A DNA stretch of 23,403 nt, from assembly GCA_964566495.1 (NCBI GenBank), contig CAZMIT010000016.1, positions 1-23,403 on the forward strand, read 5' to 3'. This document shows positions 11,810 through 20,243 of this stretch, one piece after another. Each line of letters starts with the position of its first letter. Within the stretch, counting starts at the first letter, position 1. The notes below the pieces were generated by a model. The model was not told where the DNA came from and did not search any database. It worked only from the letters and a program-made list of their open reading frames with translations. The DNA is from an uncultured bacterium (GTDB lineage: Bacteria > T1Sed10-126). The position numbers and the translations under genes were made by a program.

Positions 11810-12430
11810 TTATAATTTTTCTGCTTGATCAAAATTTAATTCAACAGGCGTAGAACGACCGAACATATCAACTGACACTTTAATTTTTGCCCGTTCAATA
11901 TCAACATCTTTTACGGTCCCCGTCATCTCTTCCATTGCCCCCGAAATAATACGAACTGTATCGCCAACCTCAAACTTAACCTGCGGTTCGACACCGCCAA
12001 GCTCAATTTGTTCTAATACGTCACCCATTTCCGTTTGACGGACTGGAATCGGCTCCAACTGCGCTCCCACGAAACCGGTTATCCCTCGCGTCTGCCGGAC
12101 AAAATGCCAGTTGTTTTCTGACATTTTCATTTTTATGAACATGTAACCGGGGTAAAGCTGCTTTTCTACTTCCTGCTTCTCGCCCCGACGGATTTCCATA
12201 ACCTCCTGGGTCGGCACGATCACACGATCAATGACGTCGGCTTTCCCTTCATCTTCTACTCGGTCGAGCAACCTCTCCCGGGTCTTTTCCTCCTGACCCG
12301 CAAACGTGTGCAAAACATACCAATCCATTTCTTCATCTTCTGTTGACCCCGTTTGCGAGGCTTCTTCGGCTGCTTCTTCCTCTTCTTCAACTGAATTTTC
12401 CGAAGTCACCGGCTCCGCATCTGCGCTCAT
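11810..12430 (-). CDS. nusG: Transcription termination/antitermination factor NusG with acidic N-terminal extension
   Basis: WYVLHTFAGQE, LYPGYMFI, GITGFVG, KOW FEVGDTVRIISG, MFGRSTPVEL. Confidence 0.98.
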   Translation of the reverse strand: MSADAEPVTSENSVEEEEEAAEEASQTGSTEDEEMDWYVLHTFAGQEEKTRERLLDRVEDEGKADVIDRVIVPTQEVMEIRRGEKQEVEKQLYPGYMFIKMKMSENNWHFVRQTRGITGFVGAQLEPIPVRQTEMGDVLEQIELGGVEPQVKFEVGDTVRIISGAMEEMTGTVKDVDIERAKIKVSVDMFGRSTPVELNFDQAEKL

Positions 12431-12449
12431 AATTTATCGCTCCTCATTA

Positions 12450-12659
12450 TTACCTGAACATTTGCGTCAGGTAGACAAATACCTGACCAAAGATAAAATC
12501 CAACAACCCCACGAAGATCATAAAAAATAAGGCACAGGCCAGAACAAGCAGGGTCGATTCAAAAAGTTTTTTTGAATCGGGCCAGTTTATTCGACCACCC
12601 GGCTTCGCTTCCAGCCAGACCTCGTGGAAAAATTTTTTCATTCGTTTGAACCAGCTCAA
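12450..12659 (-). CDS. secE: Preprotein translocase subunit SecE
   Basis: KFFHEVWLE..RINWP followed by a single TM helix ending LLD; lies between tRNA-Trp and nusG. Confidence 0.93.
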   Translation of the reverse strand: MSWFKRMKKFFHEVWLEAKPGGRINWPDSKKLFESTLLVLACALFFMIFVGLLDFIFGQVFVYLTQMFR

Positions 12660-12738
12660 TGTGAACCACCCGGCAAATACTTTTACAAAAAAATATCCCC
12701 TTCACCCCACACCCATTGCTAATCTGTGACACTTAAAA

Positions 12739-12815
12739 TGGCAGGCCCGCCGGGAGTCGAACCCGGAACCTCCGGATTTGGAATCCGGCGCTCTCCCAGT
12801 TCGAGCTACGGACCT
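12739..12815 (-). tRNA. tRNA-Trp (CCA)
   Basis: Cloverleaf: acceptor AGGTCCG/CGGGCCT, anticodon arm CCGGA-TTCCAAA-TCCGG, T-loop TTCGACT, encoded 3' CCA. Confidence 0.97.
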
Positions 12816-12969
12816 ATATATTATCTTCTGTTTGATGTGGCGTTACCGGCAGGAGTTCTTCAGACCAATCCTGGCAAGACCCTGCTTACTCTGCAACCCC
12901 TCTGTTAATTAACCTACTTGGACAACTTATCTCAACCGGCTTCTACGGCACATTTTTCCTGTCCAAAGT

Positions 12970-12997
12970 ATGATAGATGAAAAGTTTAACAAATCAA
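12970..12997 (-). promoter_or_regulatory. Candidate sigma70 promoter for the tRNA-Trp-secE-nusG operon
   Basis: TTGATT-16 nt-TATCAT with an AT-rich tract upstream. Confidence 0.5.
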
Positions 12998-13024
12998 GTA
13001 AAAAATAGCAATAGAAAAAATTAA

Positions 13025-13098
13025 AGCCGAGGATGGGATTCGAACCCACGACCTCATCCTTACCATGGACGCGCTCTACCGGACTGAGCTACCTCGGC
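13025..13098 (-). tRNA. tRNA-Thr (GGT)
   Basis: Acceptor GCCGAGG/CCTCGGC, anticodon arm CGTCC-ATGGTAA-GGATG, T-loop TTCGAAT; CCA not encoded. Confidence 0.97.
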
Positions 13099-13111
13099 AC
13101 AGCGACGAATT

Positions 13112-13140
13112 ATTCTATCTTACTATGACGTTAAATTCAA
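13112..13140 (-). promoter_or_regulatory. Sigma70-type promoter for tRNA-Thr
   Basis: TTGAAT-17 nt-TAGAAT ending 13 nt upstream of the tRNA 5' end. Confidence 0.65.
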
Positions 13141-13187
13141 ACAGAACTTTACATATCCTACAATCTACCGGAACCCTCATCTTTTCT

Positions 13188-13392
13188 CCCCCTCACCCTA
13201 ACCCTCCCCCTCCAGCCCCCCTCCTGTCTCCTCCCCCCCATAGGGGGAGGAATTAAAGGAGGGGGTAGGTTAGTCCCGAAAGAAATGCAAAAAGGTTGCC
13301 CAACAAACGCTTTTAGTTCAGAAAACAAGGCTCGTGCATTCGATACAACTCTTCATTTCCCTTTGCATTTTTATCGGGATTAGGATGGGGGG
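13188..13392. repeat. C/G-rich REP-like palindromic element interrupted by a MITE
   Basis: Inner stem TCCTCCCCC (13229-13237)/GGGGGAGGA (13243-13251). Outer arm CCCCCTCACCCTAACCCTCCCCCTCC (13188-13213) pairs with 13258-13272 plus 13383-13392. Confidence 0.7.
13271..13382. mobile_element. Putative MITE (112 bp including flanking TA dinucleotides)
   Basis: Ends TAGTCCCGAAAGAAATGCAAA and reverse complement TAATCCCGATAAAAATGCAAA (18/21 identical), each beginning with TA; too short to encode a transposase. Confidence 0.7.
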
Positions 13393-13444
13393 TATGGCGT
13401 CGAATTTGAGTTCAAAAGGTAGGTCTTGCCAGATAAGAGGGAAA

Positions 13445-14734
13445 TTAAACGAATGAGCGCTGACGGCGGTTTAACTTTATAAACAGACCAACCATAATCC
13501 AGTTAATTATTAGAAAGCTCCCGCCGTAACTAACAAAAGGCAGGGGGAGACCACTAATCGGGGTAAGACCAATTGCCATCCCTATACCGATAATCAAATG
13601 GGCTATCCAGACTAGCCCGATTCCTGAGAAAAAATAAAATATCCACCACTCATCGGCCAGAACGGCAGCAGAAAAGACTCCGTAAATCAACAGTAAATAT
13701 AGTATCGAAATCAGAACCGCAAAAATTGCTCCAAACTCTTCCACGCCAACCGAAAAGATAAAATCTGTCCACAGCTCCGGAATAAATCCAAGCTGACTCT
13801 GGGTCCCGCTCATATAACCTTGCCCGAACCAGCCGCCGGAACCAATTGCTATCTGCGACTGGATTAAACTGTATCCCCCTTCACGGGGCGCGGCGAATGG
13901 ATTAAAAAAGGACTCCAATCTCTCCCTCTGGTAGGGGGCCAGGAGCGGTATGACCAGGGTTCCAATGATAATTCCTGTCAGCAGCAGAGAAATGTAACCG
14001 GCTACGCTAATATCACGACGCTTTAAATAGGGCAACAACACTGTCAGCAGTAATAAACCGCCCAGCGTCAACCAGAAAACCAGGCCCAGTTGCGCCGGTA
14101 AACCAACCACGGCGTCAACCATCTGCCCTGTTGTCCCGTCAAGGGGCGCCAGGACCATCGAAGCGCCAATTGCCCCCCCGGCTCCCAGAAAAACCAGCGA
14201 CGCTCCCTCTTTCCACCAGCCACTAAGAAAAAACCAACCACAGACAATTGTAGAAAACACAAGTACTGTGCCCAGGTTTGGTTGCATAAAAATCAGCGCT
14301 ATCGGAACTGCTGTAACCCCCAGTATATAACACATCCCTCCCCCACGGCTAATTTCCTCATCTTCTATTTTCGCTGAAATTCCGGCCAGGATAAGTAGCA
14401 AAAAAAACTTCATAACTTCCGAAGTTTGCAGGTTAAAACGCCATATACTGAGCCAGCGCTGACCGCCGCGAGCTTCCATCCCAAAAAACAACGTGAGCAC
14501 CAGCAGGGCTATGCCCAACAAATAAAATAACCACCTGTAACGATAAAAGAATCTCGCATCCGACCAGTTTAATGCCAGGGCTAAACCCAAACCCGTTACC
14601 AACCAGGCCGCCTGCTTAAACGCCAGTTCCAGCCCAAAAACCCTGTGGCTGGCACTATAAATTAAAGCTATACCAATCAGCGATAGCAGCAGAGCTATGC
14701 AAAAGACCATTACAATGGAAGCTCGACGTCTCAC
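13445..14734 (-). CDS. rodA: SEDS peptidoglycan glycosyltransferase RodA
   Basis: GGQRWL, PYQRERL, GYSLIQSQIAIGSGG, PELWTDFIFS, GLPLPFVSYGGS; follows mrdA. Confidence 0.95.
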   Translation of the reverse strand: MRRRASIVMVFCIALLLSLIGIALIYSASHRVFGLELAFKQAAWLVTGLGLALALNWSDARFFYRYRWLFYLLGIALLVLTLFFGMEARGGQRWLSIWRFNLQTSEVMKFFLLLILAGISAKIEDEEISRGGGMCYILGVTAVPIALIFMQPNLGTVLVFSTIVCGWFFLSGWWKEGASLVFLGAGGAIGASMVLAPLDGTTGQMVDAVVGLPAQLGLVFWLTLGGLLLLTVLLPYLKRRDISVAGYISLLLTGIIIGTLVIPLLAPYQRERLESFFNPFAAPREGGYSLIQSQIAIGSGGWFGQGYMSGTQSQLGFIPELWTDFIFSVGVEEFGAIFAVLISILYLLLIYGVFSAAVLADEWWIFYFFSGIGLVWIAHLIIGIGMAIGLTPISGLPLPFVSYGGSFLIINWIMVGLFIKLNRRQRSFV

Positions 14735-16506
14735 TCCTCACGCCCTCCTTCGAAATAACCCAGCTCCTCCATCTTCAAATATACGTCGCGCGCCTTTGGG
14801 GCTGCCGTCTGACCGGCACTTCCGGCTTCGCTCAAATAAACTACGACCACGTATTCAGGACTGTTAGCCGGCGCCGCTGATACAAACCAGGCGTCGGCAT
14901 CAGGAGTATCCTCTTCGTCGTCCAGTCTGACCTTTTGCACCGTCCCGGTCTTCCCAGCCACGTCTGGTCCAATTGGTTGATAATCCTCCGTGTGCTGGGC
15001 CCAGTAGCCGGTTCCCGAGGAAGCCACCTCGTCCATTGTGGACAACAGCTGCTCCCTGTTTTCTTTCGCCGGTATCCCGGTCGCTTCGTTTTCGACTTCC
15101 CCGACCAGCCGTGGTATAACATGTCTGCCGGTTAACAATCGTGCTAAAACCTGCGCCTGCTTAATCGGAGAAATCAAAGTGTAACCCTGCCCAATGACTG
15201 TATTGAGCAGCTCCCCCTCCGTCCAGGAAAATCCATAGCGTTCGGATAGCAGTTGCGGAGTCGAAAGCTGCGCCGGACGCTCGCCCGGAATGTCGATCCC
15301 CGCCCGACCGCTATAATTAATTTTTTCGCTCAGCTCCACTATTGCCTCAATCTGCAGTTCAGCGGCAAGGTTGTAAAAATAAACGTTACAGGAGTGGACC
15401 AACGCCCGGTAAAGATTCAGTTGTCCGTGGCCCTCCTCGCGCCAGCAGCCAAACTCCTCGCGTCCCAGCTCATAGTAACCGGGACAGTCGAAGGTGGTTG
15501 CCGGATCGAAATTGTTCTCCAGAGCAACCATGAAGGGAACTAATTTAAACGATGAAGCCGGCGGAAAACGGCTGTGCACGGCCCGATTAACAAGTGGATC
15601 ATCTTCTTCCAAAAATAGCTGACGGATCTCCTGTTGCTGGCCGCGAACAAATTTGTTCGGATCATAAGCCGGCTGCACAAATAAAGAGCGTACCCGGCCC
15701 GAAGGTATTTCCATGACTACCACAGCTCCTTCGGAATCCGCGGCAAACGTCTTTTTTATCTCTTCTTGTAATTCAAGATCAAGATTCAGTTGAAGATCAT
15801 TGCCCGGCTGCGGGGCAATTGGTGAGGGGGACTCAAGCGTTCGTATGTATTCACCTGCGGCTGTCGTCTCTATCCACTGAATGCCGTCCTCCCCCCGTAA
15901 ATATCTATCATAAGCGCTTTCAACCCCTCGCTTCCCCACAATATCTCCCTGGGCTAGCCCCTCACCGCGACGACTCACAAGTTCCTGGCTGCTAATCTCA
16001 CCAGTATAACCGACGACCGGCCCAATAACTTCACCGTATTCGTAAACACGGCGGGGAAAAACATCGATTTTTAGCCCCGGGAATTGAGCCGAGTTCTCTT
16101 CAAACCGGATCTTCTGCTCATCCGAGATATCACGGAGGATAAACCGCCGATCGGGGTCACTTAAGCGACCGGCCAACTCGTTCGGATCCACCTTCAGAAG
16201 CTCTGCCAGTCGCCGCACTCTAACCCCATCCAGCCGCTCTTCCCCCGGCTCCTTCACCAGTTGGAATACCGGCTGGTCCGCGGCCAGCACACGCCCGGCT
16301 CTATCAACAATTTTTCCACGAGAGGAAGGAATCTTTTCGTGTCTTATTCTATTGACGGCGCTCAGGCGCTCAAATTCCTGGCCCAACTCCAGCTGCAAAT
16401 AAAACATTCTCCCCAGCACCAGCAAAAGAAAAATCACAAGCAAAATATATAGAGGCGCCAGACGACGCGTAAGTTTAGAACGATCGTTTTCAGTAATTTG
16501 TTCCAT
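14731..16506 (-). CDS. mrdA: Penicillin-binding protein 2 (class B PBP)
   Basis: N-terminal TM, RGKIVDR, motifs SxxK (SSFK), SxN (SCN), KTG; mre-operon context. Confidence 0.95.
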   Translation of the reverse strand: MEQITENDRSKLTRRLAPLYILLVIFLLLVLGRMFYLQLELGQEFERLSAVNRIRHEKIPSSRGKIVDRAGRVLAADQPVFQLVKEPGEERLDGVRVRRLAELLKVDPNELAGRLSDPDRRFILRDISDEQKIRFEENSAQFPGLKIDVFPRRVYEYGEVIGPVVGYTGEISSQELVSRRGEGLAQGDIVGKRGVESAYDRYLRGEDGIQWIETTAAGEYIRTLESPSPIAPQPGNDLQLNLDLELQEEIKKTFAADSEGAVVVMEIPSGRVRSLFVQPAYDPNKFVRGQQQEIRQLFLEEDDPLVNRAVHSRFPPASSFKLVPFMVALENNFDPATTFDCPGYYELGREEFGCWREEGHGQLNLYRALVHSCNVYFYNLAAELQIEAIVELSEKINYSGRAGIDIPGERPAQLSTPQLLSERYGFSWTEGELLNTVIGQGYTLISPIKQAQVLARLLTGRHVIPRLVGEVENEATGIPAKENREQLLSTMDEVASSGTGYWAQHTEDYQPIGPDVAGKTGTVQKVRLDDEEDTPDADAWFVSAAPANSPEYVVVVYLSEAGSAGQTAAPKARDVYLKMEELGYFEGGREE

Positions 16507-16532
16507 TAAATGTGCTCCCCCGGGTAATCCGG

Positions 16533-16997
16533 TTAAAACATTTTCTTGTGAGCTTTATATGTTCTCATAACTGCCGGCTGCAGCCAGGCGAAAAACAACC
16601 CTACGATAACAGTTATTACCCAGGACAGAACAGCCGGCCGCGACGGACGCTCAAACAATAAGTAACTCAGCAATCCCCGGGTAATAATGATGGAAAAAAT
16701 TAACACCAAAAATCCAAGGACGCGGGCCAGGGGCTGCCGCCAGTCAACTGATTTATCGATAACCGTTAGTCCAATAACTCCCAGACCCAGTCCAAGTAAA
16801 ATTGTACCCGGCAGCAAACCGTGCATCTGCTCCAATAGAGCCCCGGCCAAAAATGCCCCGGCCAGGACAGCCGGTAGGCTGCGTCCACTGACATAGTAAC
16901 GCAGTGGCAGAAAAATCAACAGATAACTTCCGACCCCCACCAGCACCAGGGTTAAATCCAGCACATAGACTCCGGCTATAACTGACAGCTCAATCAT
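16533..16997 (-). CDS. mreD: Probable rod shape-determining protein MreD (divergent)
   Basis: 154 aa, about 5 hydrophobic segments, GALLEQMHG..PG resembling the MreD GLLxD..G motif; lies between mreC and mrdA. Confidence 0.7.
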   Translation of the reverse strand: MIELSVIAGVYVLDLTLVLVGVGSYLLIFLPLRYYVSGRSLPAVLAGAFLAGALLEQMHGLLPGTILLGLGLGVIGLTVIDKSVDWRQPLARVLGFLVLIFSIIITRGLLSYLLFERPSRPAVLSWVITVIVGLFFAWLQPAVMRTYKAHKKMF

Positions 16998-17805
16998 GTT
17001 CTATAAGCACCCAGCCAAATGAAGGTAAGCTTTCCAGCGGCGGCGCTTCAACTACCAAACGCTTCCCCGCCTGATCAACTTTTTCCTCTTCAACCACTTC
17101 CTTTACCCGTCCGAGGAACACATCCGGCGGCGCTATCAAGCTCGCCTGCGCCGAATAAACCCGAGCCCCCCGCTCCACCTCAAGCACCTCGGGAAATTCT
17201 TCCACTACCATTTTCCCCGGAACACTTCCCTTGAGAACAAACTGACGGTCCGGAATCCCCTCAATCCGCACCCCTACTGTGAATCGCGGGTCACCTGCAA
17301 TTATTGCCAAACTGTGGTCGGAGTATACCCGCTGAAGCTTCCCCCGCAACACCCAGCTATCACCACGCACCTCCAACAGAGGCTGCCCTTCTCGTAAGCC
17401 CTGTCGATAACCCTTATTTAGATAAAGAGAACGTTCCAGCATTGACAAGTTCTGGCTGACCGCCTGCACGGCTAACGGAAAGCCGACCGGGCTAGACGGT
17501 AAATCCAGTTGCCGCCTTAAATCCCGGCTATCCTCACGATAAAACTTTAATTCCTCAACTTGCCGACGCAGTCGCTTGTGCTCACTCCTTAAATCCTGGA
17601 GTTCGTCGACAAGACGGTTGCGAGAACTCACCATCTCCGCTGCGGTCGAAGCTGTCCGACTCAAAATGCGGTAGGCTCCCCCAATTATCCGGAAACCGGG
17701 TTGGTAAAATAAGTACGGATTGAAATCATAAACCAGCGCTCCGGTTAGTAGCACACAGGTGAGTAAGAAATAAACAGCGAAAGCAAACCAGCCCTTATTA
17801 ATCAC
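16990..17805 (-). CDS. mreC: Rod shape-determining protein MreC
   Basis: N-terminal TM, coiled coil (LVDELQDLRSEHKRLRRQVEEL), LNKGYRQGLREG, PPDVFLGRV; follows mreB. Confidence 0.88.
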   Translation of the reverse strand: MINKGWFAFAVYFLLTCVLLTGALVYDFNPYLFYQPGFRIIGGAYRILSRTASTAAEMVSSRNRLVDELQDLRSEHKRLRRQVEELKFYREDSRDLRRQLDLPSSPVGFPLAVQAVSQNLSMLERSLYLNKGYRQGLREGQPLLEVRGDSWVLRGKLQRVYSDHSLAIIAGDPRFTVGVRIEGIPDRQFVLKGSVPGKMVVEEFPEVLEVERGARVYSAQASLIAPPDVFLGRVKEVVEEEKVDQAGKRLVVEAPPLESLPSFGWVLIEHD

Positions 17806-17832
17806 TTTAAGACGCTCCCGCGGCGGCTTCTT

Positions 17833-18873
17833 CTACATGTCTCCGGCCGAATGTTCGTTTTCCTTTAATTGTTGTAAGTATTTCCCTGAACCGCGGACAA
17901 CACTGGTCAGCGGCGCCTCCGAAACTGTTACCGGCAGCGACGTATGTTCAGCCAATAGTTGGTCCATCCCTTTCAACTTGGCCCCCCCACCGGTCAACAC
18001 TATACCTCTATCTGTTATGTCAGCCGACAGCTCTGGCGGTGTTTCCTCAAGCGTGCTCTTGACGTTTTCAACTATCGTCTCTATTGGCTCGGCCAGCGCT
18101 TCACGGATTTCTTCGCCGGTGATTGAGAGGGTTTTTGGCAGACCGGTAGTTAAATCCCGCCCCTTGATTTCATAAGTTTCTTTGTCGTGGTCGTCATCTG
18201 GATAAGCTGAGCCTATTTCCATCTTTACCTCTTCCGCCGTTCGCTCGCCAACCATCAGACTGTACGTTCGCCGCAGATAGGTTGAGATCGCCTTGTCCAT
18301 TTCATCACCGCCGACTCGTACGGACCGGGCCACGACTAATCCACCCATTGAAATTACAGAAACTTCAGTGGTACCTCCTCCGATATCTATTACCATGTTT
18401 CCGGCCGGCTCATAGACGGGCATTCCGGCCCCTATCGCCGCTGCTAAGGGCTCCTCAATTATATGAATTTCTCGACAACCGGCGTGTTCGGCGGATTCCG
18501 TTACGGCCCGCTTTTCAACTTCGGTTACCCCGTAGGGCACGCCAATCACCATCCGAGGGCTGACAAACTTCCGACGGTTGTGTACCTTGTCAATAAAATA
18601 ACGGATCATTTTTTCAGTCACATCAAAATCAGCTATCACACCGTCTCGCATCGGTCGGACAGCCCTTATTTTAGCGGGCGTCCGCCCCACCATGTCTTTC
18701 GCTTTCTCCCCCACGGCCAGCACCCGGTCGGCATCGTCGTCCAGGGCCACTATTGAGGGTTCGCTTAACACAACTCCACGACCTTTCACGTATACAAGAG
18801 TGTTTGCTGTCCCCAGGTCAATACCCATGTCATTTGAAAATAAACTGTAAATATAATCAATCGGCTGAAACAA
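17833..18873 (-). CDS. mreB: Actin-like rod shape-determining protein MreB
   Basis: [26 protein letters not shown] at 18873 preferred because AGGAG directly abuts the TTG at 18882. Confidence 0.98.
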   Translation of the reverse strand: MFQPIDYIYSLFSNDMGIDLGTANTLVYVKGRGVVLSEPSIVALDDDADRVLAVGEKAKDMVGRTPAKIRAVRPMRDGVIADFDVTEKMIRYFIDKVHNRRKFVSPRMVIGVPYGVTEVEKRAVTESAEHAGCREIHIIEEPLAAAIGAGMPVYEPAGNMVIDIGGGTTEVSVISMGGLVVARSVRVGGDEMDKAISTYLRRTYSLMVGERTAEEVKMEIGSAYPDDDHDKETYEIKGRDLTTGLPKTLSITGEEIREALAEPIETIVENVKSTLEETPPELSADITDRGIVLTGGGAKLKGMDQLLAEHTSLPVTVSEAPLTSVVRGSGKYLQQLKENEHSAGDM

Positions 18874-18888
18874 AAAAATCAACTCCTT

Positions 18889-19827
18889 CTATAAATTCTC
18901 GAGTAATTCAGTGGCGCGCTCGGGAGCACCAGTTTCTCCTGTGATTACCTCCAGCAGTTGTCGGGCTTCGTCCGCGCGCTCCTCTTCAAGTAGTACTTCG
19001 GCATAAAGCGTCTGAATTTTGAGGTTATCCTGTAGTTCACCGCTCTCCCGCAGCACCGTCCGCGCCTCATCAAGACGGTTTAAGTCCAAATTTACTCGGG
19101 CGATCGCCAGACGATACTGGGTGCTTAACTCCAGCTCGTTAGGCTCCCTTTCTCGAATCAGATTTAAACCTCTTTTCAGTTCCGCCAGCGCTTCGCGCAA
19201 GTGGTTCTCTTCCCCTGTAGCTTTCAAACTCCAGGCACGGTTAAATATAAGAACAGGATCTCTGATACGCTCACCCAGCGTATCATAAAATTGCAGCGCC
19301 TCGTCAAACCGCCCGAGACCATAGTTTACGTTAGCCAGTAATGTTACTAACTCTTCGGATCTTTCCCCCGCCTGATGGGCCCTCAGTCCATAATCACGGG
19401 CCCGCCGCAAGTATCGGTCCCCAAGGTGATAATACAGATAGGCGATATTAAAGTAGTCCCCCGGCTGTAGCTGCCAACCGTCTCGGGCACTCAAACGTCG
19501 GTAAAGCGATAACCCTCCCTTGATCTGCACTTCTAAATCCGACGGTTTGGCACCGGACTGTAATTTTTGCCTTACAATTTTGTAATGATGTCGGGCGGCC
19601 TGCAGTATTAAACTGCCGTCGTAAGGGTTTTCGCGGAGACGCTGCCGGTATTCTTCCAGAACTTCAGCTTTTACTGGGCGATACGAACTGCGCCAGTAAA
19701 CATGATAGCTGAACCCCAGGAACATAAGGGATAGAGTTAAAAGAAATAACGCCGGAATCGGCTTCTTCAAACTCGCGACAATACTATTAATCAGCGTCCT
19801 TAAACGCTGACGCGGTCTTTTAATCAT
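18889..19827 (-). CDS. Membrane-anchored TPR-like protein
   Basis: One TM segment (aa ~25-44) followed by TPR-like helices (YFNIAYLYYHLG, LLANVNYGLGRFDEALQFY, LAIARVNLDLNRLDEARTVL, LYAEVLLEEERADEARQLLE). Confidence 0.8.
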   Translation of the reverse strand: MIKRPRQRLRTLINSIVASLKKPIPALFLLTLSLMFLGFSYHVYWRSSYRPVKAEVLEEYRQRLRENPYDGSLILQAARHHYKIVRQKLQSGAKPSDLEVQIKGGLSLYRRLSARDGWQLQPGDYFNIAYLYYHLGDRYLRRARDYGLRAHQAGERSEELVTLLANVNYGLGRFDEALQFYDTLGERIRDPVLIFNRAWSLKATGEENHLREALAELKRGLNLIREREPNELELSTQYRLAIARVNLDLNRLDEARTVLRESGELQDNLKIQTLYAEVLLEEERADEARQLLEVITGETGAPERATELLENL

Positions 19828-19943
19828 TTTTACAATCCGTCCTTCAAAAGCTTTATATAAATTCTCATTAACAGTATTTCCCCAGCAATTCGTTTACAGA
19901 TGAGGAATGTGCCTGTTATCGGATTTTGAAATTTCAATGAGTC

Positions 19944-19987
19944 CCATCTAAAAACTCTTCCCCCTTGACGGGGGAAGACTTAGATGG
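19944..19987. repeat. REP-like palindromic stem-loop
   Basis: CCATCTAA..TCTTCCCCC-TTGAC-GGGGGAAGA.TTAGATGG. Confidence 0.7.
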
Positions 19988-20243
19988 AGGTGAAAACGGG
20001 GTTTTAGACTGCACTCTTCAATAGAAACAGGATGATGCTTGTTTAGCGCCCCCGGCATCATTGCGGGTTTGATCTATTAGTCGTCATTGCGTTCCCCCGA
20101 CCGTAATGAGGGTAGAAGGTTTCGCTGTGGCTTTTTTAAACTACTTTAGATAGAATTAAATAACATGATTAGACAGTTGTTTTCTGCCTGGAACTATTGA
20201 TTTTAAATATTCTACTTTAATTATACCTGAGGTGAATGAAAAA

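Noticed and set aside
12794..12802. Apparent G at tRNA-Trp position 14
   Set aside because: Better read as one extra D-loop base before A14-A15, with the A15-U48 pair retained; the tRNA otherwise looks normal.
12816..13024. rpmG pseudogene, L10 leader, 6S or SRP RNA
   Set aside because: No L33-like translation found. AAGTAGGTTAATTAACAGAGG only loosely resembles the L10 leader and lacks its pairing. No SRP GGAA-loop motif or 6S-type long central-bubble duplex is evident.
13065..13256. 63-aa Pro-rich ORF
   Set aside because: It is the translation of the antisense tRNA-Thr end and the C-rich REP-like arm.
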